Source: the human T2T-CHM13v2.0 reference genome, Homo sapiens
Reading direction: 5' to 3' (one strand)
DNA: 64,000 nt
Assembly: GCF_009914755.1 (NCBI RefSeq)
Contig: NC_060934.1
In this document: positions 1-12,608 of the stretch, piece after piece
Numbering within the stretch: position 1 is the first letter of the stretch
How the letters are laid out: every line of letters starts with the position of its first letter
Program-made: the position numbers and the translations under genes
The notes under the pieces: generated by a model
Seen by the model: only the letters and a program-made list of their open reading frames with translations
Database searches by the model: none
What the model was told of the DNA's origin: nothing

Positions 1-880
1 CTCCGGAGCAGCTGCCAAGAGGCCCGAGAGCGGAGGCCAGCCAGGCCCCTGGCCTGGGGAAAGTGCAGGGCTGGCTTGGACCTCCTCCCCGCCATTCAAG
101 ACAAGCCATTTTGGGGGGTGTAGGGGGTAGAAGGCAGTGGCCAAGGGCTCAGAGGTCTTCAGCAAAGTCACCAAAAAAATGGTTCACAAACGTTCTGCTT
201 TGGGCAGTAAGAGGATTATTTCACATTCTGGATGTGTCCACTTGAGGGATGTAACGCGCACTGTCCACACACCTCCGCTCAGTGTGGCAGAGCACCAGAT
301 CACTGGGCCCTTCTCCCTCGTGTCCCGGACTTATACAACAGGACAGCTGAACCGCAGTGCCAGGCAGAACTAAAGCGCTCTTCCAGAGAGGCCATGGTGC
401 TGGCCACAGAGCCTCTCTATGAGCCCCGTGCCCGGCTTTACCAGCCTGCTCATAGCTCAAGAAATGCAGAGTCTGCTCAAGGGCTGGGAGGAGAAGTCAG
501 GGCCACCGGGGATTCACTGATCCATCAGTTGATGGGCCCGGAGGATGTGGTAAGTAACAGCCACACATTCTGAGCACCACCTGAGCACCAGGTCCTGGGC
601 CAAAGGCTGGGAGCAGCCCCACGTGAGGACGTCACCATCCCTACCTGACCGTCAGGGAACCCAAAGCCTAGGGCAAATCCCAGACTTCCCGGGGCCCTGT
701 GCTTCACAAGTGGTGGGGAGCTCACCCCAGGAAGGGAGCCCTATGGAGACATGGGGGCCCACGGGCTGTCGGGGCCAAAGAGTGAGTGGATCCCACTCAC
801 CGCTCTGCCACGCAGCCAGCAAGTACATGGCCTCGGCACTCCCTTTTCTTCCCTGGAAAGTAGAACAGAAGGAGCCCCTC

Positions 881-988
881 ACAGGGTGGGTGAGGACCAC
901 AGGGTGGGTGAGGATTACAGGGTGGGTAAGGACCATAGGGTGGGTGAGGATTACAGGGTGGGTGAGGATTACAGGGTGGGTGAGGACC
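881..988. repeat. 18-bp minisatellite, 6 copies, consensus ACAGGGTGGGTGAGGA(CC/TT)
   Basis: Units start at 881, 899, 917, 935, 953 and 971; this explains the repetitive GWVRIT and THPVIL ORFs. Confidence 0.95.
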
Positions 989-1527
989 ACACACCCGAGG
1001 GAGGACGCCCTGCAAACACCGGCCCGTGGATTAGGAGTTAGTGACCCACTTCCCAGAGCCAGGGTGAGGCTGATGTGTGTGCAGATATGGGAGGGGAGAA
1101 CTCAGACACCCCTGTGAGCCTCAGGCCACTCGCTGCCACTGTCCAGCAACAGAGGGCGGGCGGTGACACTCATCACCATGAGAGGCACTTGCAGAGGTGC
1201 CTAACTTCCTCTGAGCCTGTCCCCGACACTGGGGCCCTGCCTAAGCATCTCTCTGGTATGCTTTCATCCTCATGTGCCTTCTTGCCGTGACCTCCTTGAA
1301 CCGGTTTCCCTGGGGCCGTCTGCGGTCGAACCCCCAAGGTGGAAGATAAGCATAGCAGTCAGGTAAGGCAGGTGACTGAGTATCCCATCAGATCCTGGCC
1401 CCAGAGCCCTGATGGCATTCCAACCCTGCGCTCCAGGCAAAAAGCCCGCTCCTCACCCCAGCCTGCAAGGCCAACCGTGATGGCCCTGCCGACATCTCAA
1501 GCATCCCTTGCACCCCCGACTCAGGAA

Positions 1528-1629
1528 CCTGTCCCCCCAGCTTCACTGTGCCCTGCGCTCACCACGCCCACTCCGACCCCAGTCACCGCAGCCTCGCCAT
1601 GCCCTGCACTCACCACACCCACTCCCACC
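1528..1629. repeat. Imperfect 51-bp tandem duplication (2 copies)
   Basis: cctgtccccccagcttcactgtgccctgcgctcaccacgcccactccgacc / ccagtcaccgcagcctcgccatgccctgcactcaccacacccactcccacc. Confidence 0.75.
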
Positions 1630-1649
1630 TCTGGGGCTTGCCTTCCCTC

Positions 1650-1990
1650 TACTCAGGACATTCTCCCTGATTATCTTTGCAAAGCTGAACACATCTCATC
1701 ATCTGTGACTTTGTGCCAATGTCACCTCCTCAACAAGGCCTCCCTGTCCCTCCAATCTAAAGCTGGCCACTTCCCATTCCACCTCCTCTCATCCTGCCTG
1801 GTGATCCAAACCACGCTGGCCTGCTGGATTCTCATTAGCACAAATATTGCCATCAGAAAGGGCCCTGCCTGCCTGTTGTAGGCCTGAATGACATCCATCC
1901 CCCTTTCTGCATTGCAGAAACATCCCCAGGGCCTAGCTGAATGCCAGGTGGCCAGCACACTCCAGGCAAGGATCTGCTGAGTGAAGAACT
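1650..1990 (+). mobile_element. L2 3' fragment
   Basis: tgtcacctcctcaacaaggcc...ccccagggcctagctgaatgccagg...atctgctgagtgaa. Confidence 0.5.
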
Positions 1991-4900
1991 AGGACGGAGC
2001 TGCGATGCGCGCTAGAAGAGATCTCCCGCCCCGCTGGAGAACGTTAGACAGCGCTTAACTGAAGGATGCTGAGCAGAGCCAGGCTGGGGGACAGAGGCAG
2101 CCGTACATCTCCCCGTCTGCTTCCTGTGCTGTCACCGTCACCCAGCCATGCCGCGTGACCTGCAGGAGCAATCTGCTCCATTCACAGCAGTTGCTTCCCA
2201 TTTGCTGCATTTCCAACATTCACAGAACCAATTTCATCACCTTCCCTTTCTGCGGGACCAGCTAGCCGGCGCCCCTGCCTCTCAGGTCTTGCCCCAGCCC
2301 TGTGCGGCCAATGGACTCCACGCTGCCAAGCTTTCAGAAGTGCAGTCTCTGCCCTGGGGTCCCCTAGCCCAAGGTGGGGAGCAGCTTCCTGTAGCTGCTT
2401 CTGCATGATATTAATACTTCGTTTTCTCTTCTTGGCTTTTCAGATTTTCAGAAACCTAGCTAACCATTGCTCACAGTGAATTCACCTGGATCTAACGGGC
2501 TGGTTTCTGTCCCCAACAGGCCCTGGCTGATCCAGGAGGCCTGCCTCACCCACTCCACCCACAGAGCTCCAGCAGGGAAACAGCGGGGGCCTCCATACCG
2601 CCACCACTACTCCATGAGGAGTAAATGCAGTCTGTGGCCCTTCAGGGAGAGGGTGGGGTGCCTGATGACCTCTGGTGACACATTACTGATGTGAGCTCGC
2701 GTTACTGCTCACAAACTAAGCCTCTGGTGGTTGCATTATATTTTGCAACCAACTGTTGCTTTTGTTTTCCAAGAGTTTTTTTTTTTAAGCCACTCCTCCC
2801 CCTCCCAAAAAGGAATTATCCAAGAGCTCTACTATGTCTAACTTTCAAAGGAGGCATTGTTAATCTTTTGGCCATAAATAGGCAATTAACACCCACTCTG
2901 AGTCTAGTCAAACCAAGTTCCCGCCAGCATGGGGATTGCAGCAAAGGGTTTGTTCTTCGTGTGGCATTTGCTTTCTGATTTCTTGACTGTGGCTTGAAGT
3001 TGCAAGAAAGAGTGGTAATTCCGGATGGCTGATACCACAAAAATGGTACATAAATGGGCTCCTGTCAGCAGGAGAAATTCTCTACTGATGCAGTGCCTGG
3101 GGCGACAGAGGCTCATGCTGCCAAAGGCGAAGTGGGCTAAAGTAAAGGCTTCACACTGATGGACCCACAAAGGGCAGCAGCCTGCATGGTGTCGGGAAAA
3201 GGCCCGGTCAGGCACCAGCCGTGCTGGGCTCTGGGCACAGCTCCGTCTCCATCCCACACCCATCTCCGTGATGCACCTATTTGTGCTTCCTGCTCTGGCC
3301 CTCACTGGGCTCTCAACAGCCCGCAGGCACCATGCTAACCTCGGGCTGGGAGGGGCTTCCCACGAGGCGTTCTCCTGATGTCCCGGATCAGGAAGCAGGA
3401 ATAAGGCAGGGAATGCCGAAATCCTCCTGGGGTTGGCCAGGCCTCCCTTTCGCTGCATCCTCTGAGGCCCAGCTGGGGATTACTAGGCTTCATTAGGAGA
3501 ATCGAGGAGGCCATCACAGGCCCCTTGTTTCCCGGAGCTGCTGTCCCAGCTGTTGTAAACTGACCAGATGTGGCACAGCTGAGACAAGATCCAGCGTGAC
3601 AAGCGCTAGAAACCATGAAAGAATCCTCCTGTGGCCCTAAGCTGCCCCCAGCCCTTCTCCAGCCCAGAGTTCAGAATGCGCAGCCACTTTCAAATGGACA
3701 AGAACAGAGAAGCTTGGGCAAAGGAGTCAGAGGTTTGCAAACTGAGGGCTGACAGGAAAGGGTAAGGAATGGGGCCTCCCCAGTGGCAAGGAGCAGCTGG
3801 GCTAGCAAATCACAGATGTGCAAGGACTGGGGGGTAAGACAGTCCCATAGATACCTTCATACAGAGACAAAATAGGTCATGGTGATCCACTGGATTTCAG
3901 TTCTACTGAGAACAGATCAAGAAGAAATACAGTCAAAGTGAGGGCTGCAGGTTAAATAACAAGAGGGACTTACAATGAGCACACACTAAACAGGGTAGCT
4001 TAAAGAAAGTTGCCACCTTTGGGGATTAGGATAATTGATTCTCTGCCCAGTGAGGCCTATGACTAGGGTGAGTTGGAAGCCAGCCCTGCTGCTTTCACCT
4101 CGAGAACATTTCTTGAGCCCCTTATGCCTATCACCACTTCCACTGCCCCCACCCTTGTCTAGCCCACCTTCATGTTTGCCAATAGCCTCCTGCCTGGCCT
4201 CCCCACCTCCCCCAGAACCTACAGTCCATGCTGCTCACTGTTGTCCCAAAGGAGCTTTTTAAGGGGTGCTATTGCTCCCCTGCTTAAAACCCTCTAATGC
4301 TTCTACTCTGCACTCAGGGTTCCTGTCATTCATTCACTCTGCCGTTGCACACAAGGCAGGATATCAAACAGGGTGTGGAACTTGCCCTTAACAACCCACC
4401 CATGAGAACTTGCCTCGGAAACGTTCAACCCTATATACTAGAACAGGCTTTCCAGACATTTCTGAAGCAGCGCCTTGTACTCGACTCAGCATAAGTTAAC
4501 CCCGAGCCCTCCTGCATGGGAAGTTTCATTGGCAGGCGGGGACACCATTGCTCTGCTGGGTACAGCAGCTCAGTGGGCACTCGCCCTAGGACCTGGATCC
4601 CTCCTCCAGGTCAGGCCCTTCCTAATCCAGGCTGAGCTGGTACCTCCTGACTGAGGGACCTGAACTCTCAATGCCATCTCCATATGACACAAAACTAGTC
4701 CCTGGGCATCTGTGGAGTCACTGGGCTAGGAATGTGCCCATCTCTGCTGCCCCCACAAGCCCCAGACTCACCTAGGGAGCTTCTGGGACCCCGAGGTACT
4801 GGGGCTCTGCCCCAGACCTGCTAATTCAGACTCTCTTGGACAACGTCTAGGAACCTGCAGTGTGTTGGCTTCCCAGATAACCTGACGCCCATGGCTACAC

Positions 4901-6187
4901 CTGGGCAGATGCATGCATGGTCAGAAACCCAAGGCTCAGAGAAGCAGGGCAACGGGCTCACAGTCACCACACAGCCAGGTGGCAGAGTGCCTCTCAAACC
5001 CAGCTCTTCTGACTCCAACAGCAGCTGTGTTCCAACGACAGTGCACCTCTCTTTCCCTTAGGATATGAGAGGCCTCTACCACGTGGCAATAAGGCAAAAC
5101 CCTGCCCTCAGAGTTACAGAGCCCGGGACTCATACCCCAGCAGCACCGCTCAACAACTCAGCTGCGCCCTCAGGTGAGGCCTTCTTCTGGGGAGCAGGGA
5201 TGCGGCAGAGCACCTCAGCGCTGCAGAGACAAAGAATTCCTGAGGGGAGGACAGTTCACACTGGATGAGCAGCAGGCCCCTCCTTTTGCCAAATTTCTCC
5301 CCTTACTCCTAAAGTGTGACTCCCAATATGGCAGCCAACTTTTACTGAGCACGTGTCCTGGGCACACAGAACTAAGCTCCAAGCGCTTCATACAAATGAA
5401 TTCATTTAATGAGACATTTAACACAGTGAGAGAGGGTGTCGCCACCCTTCCTCAAGGATGGGGAAAATGAACCATGAAGAGGTTCCATCAGTTGTCCAGG
5501 ATGAGGATGGGGCTCACTCCATGGGCAGGGCTCCAGGCTGAGGCCCTGCTCTCCCACCAGCCCTCTGTCTCCTCGTCTCAGCCCACGCTCCCTGCTTCTC
5601 CTTCAGAAGCCTGGGAACGACATTAGGGTTTCTCTAAACCCTCCTCTGTGGGCCCTTGGAGTTGAACCAGTCAAAGGGGCAAGAGCCAGCTGACCCACAA
5701 GCCTTTCTTACTCTGGCTTCCATGAAGCAAGACTGGCGATGTCCTCAGATGTGGTGAGGCCTCAGCTGGTAAGGCCTTGTTCTCCCTCTGGCCCATAGGC
5801 TGTGGCCTCCCAAGGGCAGCGCCTGCTAGGGCCTCCCAAGCCTCTTTGCCAGCACCAGAGCAGGGCCTGGCAAGCCAAGAGCACTCCCAGCATGGCCGGG
5901 GCTCTCATCTGAGCGGCTGGCTTAGGAAAGGGCCCCTACTTCAGAGAGCCGGGGCCTCCCAGAGTCTCATAGCTTCTCAAACATTCTCTGCTCAGGATGG
6001 CTCTCAATTGAAGCGTGGAAATCACCAAGTGGCACTAAAAGCTGCCTCCTTAGCAGTCCCCAGATGAACTCCTCTTCCCCAGGAGATCAAAGCTATTGTG
6101 GCAACACTCGGCCCCGATCCCAGTGACCTTAAGCAGATTGCTTGTGCAACCTGAGGGCTGTGACTAGAGACAGAAAGGAGGGATCCA

Positions 6188-6305
6188 GGCGGAGGCTGCA
6201 GTGAGTCGAGATCTCACCACTGCACTCCAGCCTGGGTGACAGAGCAACACTCCGTCAAAAGAAAGGAAAGAAAGGGAGGGAAAGGAAGGAAGGGAAGCAG
6301 GGAAG
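6188..6305 (+). mobile_element. Alu 3' fragment with (GAAA/GGAA)-rich tail
   Basis: ggcggaggctgcagtgagtcgagatctcaccactgcactccagcctgggtgacagagcaacactccgtc followed by a purine-rich tail. Confidence 0.85.
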
Positions 6306-6499
6306 ATGAGGACTAGAGCTGAAACTAGTCTCCTGGAAGCCTGATGCCAGCATGCGCCACAGCTGGCAGGATCCCGGCCCACCAAGAGTGGAGAGCCCAG
6401 GACACTGCCCAGAGCAGCAGAGGGTGTGGGGCGAGCTACCATGGGAGCAACAGAAGAAAGGCTGCAGCAGGCCCGGGCTTTCTTTGTTCATCAAAGCTG

Positions 6500-6900
6500 G
6501 CATTTGCTGAGTGCCAACCGTGTGCCAGATCCATGCGACATGATTCCTCCCACACTCATGAGCAACAGGCACTGCCATTCCCATTTTACAGACACAGACA
6601 TGAGGCCTGGGGCACACAGCTCAAAAGTGGCAGAATGGGGACACACCCCCAGTTATCTGACTCCGAAGCTCCCACTTCTCACTGCCACACTCTCTATGCC
6701 CCATGTGCATCAGTCCTCTGGAAGGGCCAGCTGATTGGTCCTCACCCAGGACCAAGCACAGCAGTGGGAGCACTGAGCCTGGGGTCAAGAGGTCAGGGTT
6801 CCCACCTTCCGAGGTGCCTCACCATGTGACTTTGGGCAAGGCCCCAACTCTTCCTGTACTCTAGAGGCTTCATCCTCAAGTGAGGGGATTAGAACAGAGA
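6500..6900. mobile_element. Two MIR fragments: about 6500-6685 (-) and about 6770-6900 (+)
   Basis: cccattttacagacacagacatgaggc; ccatgtgactttgggcaagg...catcctcaagtgaggggattagaac. Confidence 0.6.
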
Positions 6901-9297
6901 TGGTGGATGACGTTCAATTACCCATCAATTAGCAATGGCTGCCAAGACTGCCAAGAGGAGGATTCTAAGACCTCCACTAAGTTCACCTGAAAAGGCTGCC
7001 GTGATTGATTAGCAATGTCTGTCAAGAGCACGGAAGGAGGAGTGCTAGTTCAGCATCCAAAGCTGCCCCCTTGACATCCCTAAACTCTGACAGCCCAGGT
7101 CTTACAGGCTCTCTTCCTTTGTTCAAGCCTATCCTAACTATCTCTAAGTCAGAAGCAACTACTCTCGTGTGCCTGCCCACAAAAGTTTTTGCCTTTACTT
7201 GTATTTAGCATTTCTTTCATTGCAATGGGCTTTCTAGGGCTTTCCATGCCTACCTCTCTCACTAGATCTTCACACTGTCTGCAGTCTGTGTTATAAGGGG
7301 TGCTCCACCTCTGAATTCCTCTACTTGCCGTCAGCACAGCTTCCCACCCTGAGAGGAAGGGTGCTGAGGGTGCAGGGCGGTGGGAACCCTAAGCAGCTGA
7401 AGGTGAACAGCCACTGGCAGGATGGACAGGAAAAGTCACAAAGGTGCAGGCAAGCTGGGCCTGCCGCACAGGAACTTGGCCAAGGAAAGGCACAGCTGGC
7501 CTGCAGCTGCTGGGGGTGCCAGCGCAAGAAGTCATGTAGCCAACCCCATGGCGACCAAGAAGGGCCACTGTCCCTCAAAGGCGGCCCCACCAGCACAAAA
7601 GATGGAAAGTGGAAGCTGGCTGGGGGGCTTCACCTGGGGAGGACCTGTCCAGCAAAGAGCTGCGAGTCACTGATGAGCATACGCACAAGCTCTCCCAACT
7701 TCCTGCAGCAACCCCTCATCCTGCCCAGTCCCTGCGGCCCCGCCCACCCAGCTCTCCTGGACTCACCCCCAGGAATACGGCTCTCAGAGGCTTCCCAAAG
7801 ACGTGCTGGCATGCTGGTTTCTCTCATGCTTCTTTTCTACCCCAAACTGCCCCTGGCCAGCTTTCACGGTCCCTCAAACATCTGCTAACACAACAGTTGC
7901 TGCCTGTTCTGAGGCCTGCTCAGGGAGGTTCGGGGACTCAGTGTGTGGGCAGCCGCAATCAATCAAACCTCTGTTTCGACATCCCGACCCCTCCCCACAA
8001 ACATCTTGCTTCTGTTTGAAGCACTGTTGAGAAGTACAATTTGTTGCTCTTTCAAGCTGACCAGCTTGGAGTTAAAAATACAGCAGGGACTATGACACCT
8101 AGGGGGACTGCATTCAATGGGTGAACTTTTTAATTGTTGCTTTTTTCTGAAATCTTTGCTCACACACACGTGATCCATGTCTAAATGGCCGCGTATGGCT
8201 CAAGTCTTGCTGGGAGCCAACCAATGCTGGGTGGTCAAACCAGGTCTCAAAAAAGCAGTAAGGAAAATGTCAGCAAAAGTCCTGCTAATAAACAACTCAC
8301 ACCCTCAGGCTGGGCCCTGCCTTCAATGGCAGACATTGTCATTGTGCAAAAGGAAGGCTGCAGCCTCACAGAGAACACCAGCCAGGAGGGCCAAAAACAC
8401 CACGTAAGGAGGAAAGCTGTGCAGGAGGCCCACGGGGCCGGGCTTACGCAGGGATCGCAGCATAGCCAGTCCTCTGAGCTGCCTTTGGACAACCTGCTCT
8501 GTGGAACCAAGTGGTTGTAATTACAAGTACAGGGAGGGCGGCCACTGCTGGACTAGGTCCTTGCGTCATTTCCCCCATTAGGGCTTTCCTCGCTACAGTC
8601 AGCCTCCCCGACTCAGGATCCAGATGGCCGGCTCACCTGCAGCCTCATTCAGCATCTCTGCCTGCTCTCTTGGCACTGGGGTTTTCAGAAGACATGAGCA
8701 AAGACAATCTGAAAGCAATATCTACACCCCACCCTGTGTGTCTCATCCCCGACAGACAAGAGCCCCCACTGCCATTAACTGGACAGCTGTGCCCCAGGGA
8801 CGTGGCTAGGAAGGGGCAGGGTGGCCAGCAGGCCCCCAGGATATTTCCACCCTAGTTTCAAGGGCAACAGACAGGAGAATGCTCACACACGGCGAACTCC
8901 CTCTGACAAGGGGGGGTGAATCCAATTGTCACCATTTCATAACCCTGGGCTCTGAACACCGAGTTGACTACAGGCTGAGCTGAGCTGCAGGGCAGGCCTC
9001 CTTCCCATTTACAAAAGAAAAGCAAAGAGGCAAGAAGATGAACAAACAAGACAAAGAAAGTGGCGTGAACAGAAAAGGGAGGATGGAAACACAGGGAAAA
9101 CACTGGACAAACAAAGAAAAACAGGCATTCTTACAGCAGACTGAGGGCACCTCCCAGGAATGTCCACCCTCTGCTCCTACTTCTGCCTCTGGAGACACCC
9201 AGAAACAGCCCACACCCTCCCTCCAAGTCCTGCGACTGTGACGATGATCATAAGTATCTGTCAGCACCCGGCCTGTGCCAGCCAATGCACTGGGGGG

Positions 9298-9382
9298 AGT
9301 GTGTGTACATACAGATACAGATACACACACACGCATATCAACAGATGTGGACACATACACATACATAAACACACACCCATAT
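9298..9382. repeat. Degenerate (CA/TA)n low-complexity tract
   Basis: gtgtgtacatacagatacagatacacacacacgcata...acatacacatacataaacacacaccc. Confidence 0.7.
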
Positions 9383-11599
9383 GGATAGTGCATTATCCAC
9401 ACATGTTGTTTCCCTTGCTCCTCCCACAGTCCTGTGGCGGTGGTGGCATCTGCTGCACAGACATGTCAGGCAATTTGCCTAGGGCTTCCAGTCTCTGGCC
9501 CCACCTCTGGAGGCCTTCTGGTTTGTCAATGTCACCTTCTAAATGCAGATCCAAAAGTGAACACCATGCCCAGAAAAACTCTGATGGGCACAGGGACCAA
9601 GAGAACTTCAGTTTCCTCAAGAGAGACTGGAATGGACAAGCTCTGAGGTCACATCTCCTGATATCCTCTGCTTCTAGCAGAGTCTACACCCCAGGGCACT
9701 TGCTCCTGCTGAACTCAACTGTGGATACAGATGAGGGCAGGGCCTTGGACCTCAGAGCTTCCTGCCCTCTTACTCTCTCGGGTTCTCTCCCTGGACCCTT
9801 TCCTGCTGGCGGATTGGAGGGGCTCCAGCTAACCACAGTCTATCTGGCCACACCGAATGATGGCCAGAGGGAAGCCCCCGTGTGCTCACACACACCCTCA
9901 AGATCTGCTCTAGGCCCCAGTCGGGACCTCTAGGGGAGCTGCAGCTTTTCAGAATGGCCAGCTGCTCCAAAGGTCTAACTGAAAAGGCCCTCTGCAGCTT
10001 TAACCCGAGGCTCTCACACACCTGGCCTCAGAACCCACACACGAAGGGCGCCTTTACAAGAATGCACAAGTGGAGCTCTCACCCCCAAAGGCGAATGTGT
10101 AAACCAAGATCAAAAGGCCCACGAAAGAGAAGCCAGAGCCCAGCGGAAGGAAGCGTGGGCCACACCTGGGTACCAGCCTACCCTTCCAAAGATACAGAAA
10201 GCCCAACTCCAAGCCTTGCTTCCATGGGCATGCAGAGCAGACCCCAACCCCTTCTCAGTGGTCCCAAATGTTGAGTGAAGCCACAGCACGCAGAGGCTGG
10301 GGTCTGTGGCCAGTGGTCTCACCTCACTGGCCATCTGGCAACACGTTAGTCCTTGTACACCAGCAACATGCCCAGCTCATCAGGTTCCCACGCACAAGGC
10401 CGTGCACTCGCCAGGGCTCTTGATAAATACACAGGGATACCCTAGGCCTCGTTCTCAGGGCCCCACAGAAAAGCAAGGTCCACCTCCCCAGGCTAGAAAT
10501 CATCTGATGGCAGAGCCAAAGCAGGCAGAGCCCCATGGAGAGAGGGCTGACGAGGGTCTAGACTCTTGGTGGGGGCATGGCTCAGCGTCCACGGGCCCAG
10601 CCTCAGGGCTCTGGCCATAGGCCTTGGGCACACACACTTTCCAGAGGCCCCTCTCTACTTTCCCTGTGCCCGAGACCCACTGCCAAGCAGGCGGCCAAGG
10701 ACAGACAGGCTGAACCAGAGCAGCCTCCTCAGGCTCCGCACACCTTCCCAGATCTGGGAGGCCTGCCTGGGGCTGATGAAGCCATCTATACAACTGGGTG
10801 CAGCCCCACTGAGCAATGTATTTTTAAATAGTTTCTAACCAAACGAGGTCAAGAAATGTCTCCAATGATGCCAGTGGTGTTATTCCAACTGTGGCTAGTA
10901 AAATATAATAACATGCATGTTGTTTTTGTTACCTATCTAGCTGATTAGGTAATAAAATATGCTCAGTATTAAAAATTTAGCTGAAGCCATTATCATACCC
11001 AGAACTCGGGGCTCTTGGTTTTCCTCAGAAGTCACCCAAATCTGTCACCTTTCCAGACTTTTAACCTATTTAAATTTTTCTGGAGAAGGGAAATTCCTCT
11101 TGGTGTCCAATAAATGTGTTCAATCCCTGTCCAGCTAGTAAAGTCAAAAACGTTCCACTACACAGCAAAAAGATTGGCACACGCCTAGAGCCACAATGGA
11201 AGAAATGGAAACTAGCTGAGAAGAGGCAAGAGCTCTGCCCCACACCCCTTCAGGCTCTCCCCCAAGCGGATCCCACTGACACAGGGGAGGCACAAGCATA
11301 CCACCATCTTGCCCTCCCATAATGCCCCAGCCAGTGCCCAGGCTCTTGAACAAAGGTGGCCAGAAAGTTTGGACTCTGGGGCCAGGTATGCTTTAGACTT
11401 AAGACACCTGCACCTCTTCTTTTCTGGGTAGACCTCTATGTTGGGAGTAGGAACTAAAGGAGAGAAGAGCAAAACCCCATGAAGAGAAACTGCATGTTCT
11501 TTGTAAAAGGAAAGAAGACCCAACTGAGAGAACAACACTGGGCTTGGAAGGAAGTCAGCTATGCCCACCTGAAACGCAGCGAGCGTGATAAGCCTGCCT

Positions 11600-12445
11600 G
11601 CCGTGGATCTGGCCATAATGCTGAGTGACCAAGGCCATCCCCTCCAACCAACCCCTCTGAAACCATCTTCGTCAACAAGAAGATCTTTACCCCTTGAAAC
11701 CCAGCGAGACCAATGTTTATATAAATAAGTCCAGAAAAGATGATGGTCAGACCGTGGCATTAAGCAACCGATGGCCTCCTGGATGAACACAGAACCAACA
11801 GTGTTGTGTCCCATCACATCCGCCCATCCTTGAGTCAGAGGTCACAAGGGCCAGCACCACTTCCTCATCCCCAGCCAGAACCAGATGCAGCCAACTCTCG
11901 GGCTCAGAGACGCTCCTGATGACAGAGTATTAACTCCAAGTTCATCTCATTCAAATCAATATCCAAGATCAGTGTTAGCACAAGGCAGAGCTCCAAGACA
12001 AAGAGGATAAAGTCCAAGTGACAGGGGCGTGTGGCCAGATACTTCTTCTACAGTGAAGGGCAAGGATGATTGCAGAGGCAGCTCAGAGGATATTGATCAC
12101 AACATCCTGATGGCCTCATGTTTCAACAGTATAATCAAAGGAATAAGTCCCCCCAATCGCTAGCTCTTGGAAACCATTACCCACAACCCTGATCTCAGGA
12201 TCAGCATAATCCAAGGGACACTGAACCCCAGTGTGTGTGTATATCTCTTGCAGCAGCTGCAGGGGTGGCTTCCTGGGAGAGACGGCTCCAGTGAAGGGCC
12301 GGAGGGGATTACCAGTGTTTGGTCCAGTGAGTCTGCCCACCAACACCCCGCCTCTCACCATCCACCTGCCCTTGTACCCCTAGCACTGAGCTCACAGTGA
12401 AAGGGAATATTTGCTTGTAAATAGAAATAAACGCTTTTTAAAAAC
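11600..12445 (+). mobile_element. Possible ancient RTE-clade LINE (L4-like) 3' remnant
   Basis: Broken reading frames resemble the RTE ORF2 C-terminus (TIFVNKKIF..LET; K*QGRVARYFFYSE; LLETITHNPDLRISII). Ends with AATAAA at 12426-12431 and a short A run. Similarity judged by eye only. Confidence 0.4.
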
Positions 12446-12608
12446 CAACTGGAAATAATCTTTCTTTGAATAGGATTTAAAAAAACAAGGAAATTAACCC
12501 ACTCCTGGGTATTTCTGAAACTGGCAATCTATGCTTGTCTAGGACGGCCCAGAACCAGCAGAGGCTCCAGTGAGCACCAAGGTGACTCCAGGCTGCTGGG
12601 GCTCTTAC

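Noticed and set aside
782-800. 8-bp hairpin GTGAGTGG-atc-CCACTCAC
   Set aside because: Short enough to occur by chance in 64 kb, with no pre-miRNA-length stem.
623-1117. Repetitive ORFs (GWVRIT, THPVIL, RVGEDY); superficially array-like
   Set aside because: Translations of the 18-bp VNTR. There are no unique spacers and the DNA is eukaryotic, so it is not a CRISPR array.
9160-9933. 257-aa plus-strand ORF
   Set aside because: Runs through a CA/TA low-complexity tract, with no recognisable homology or splice structure.
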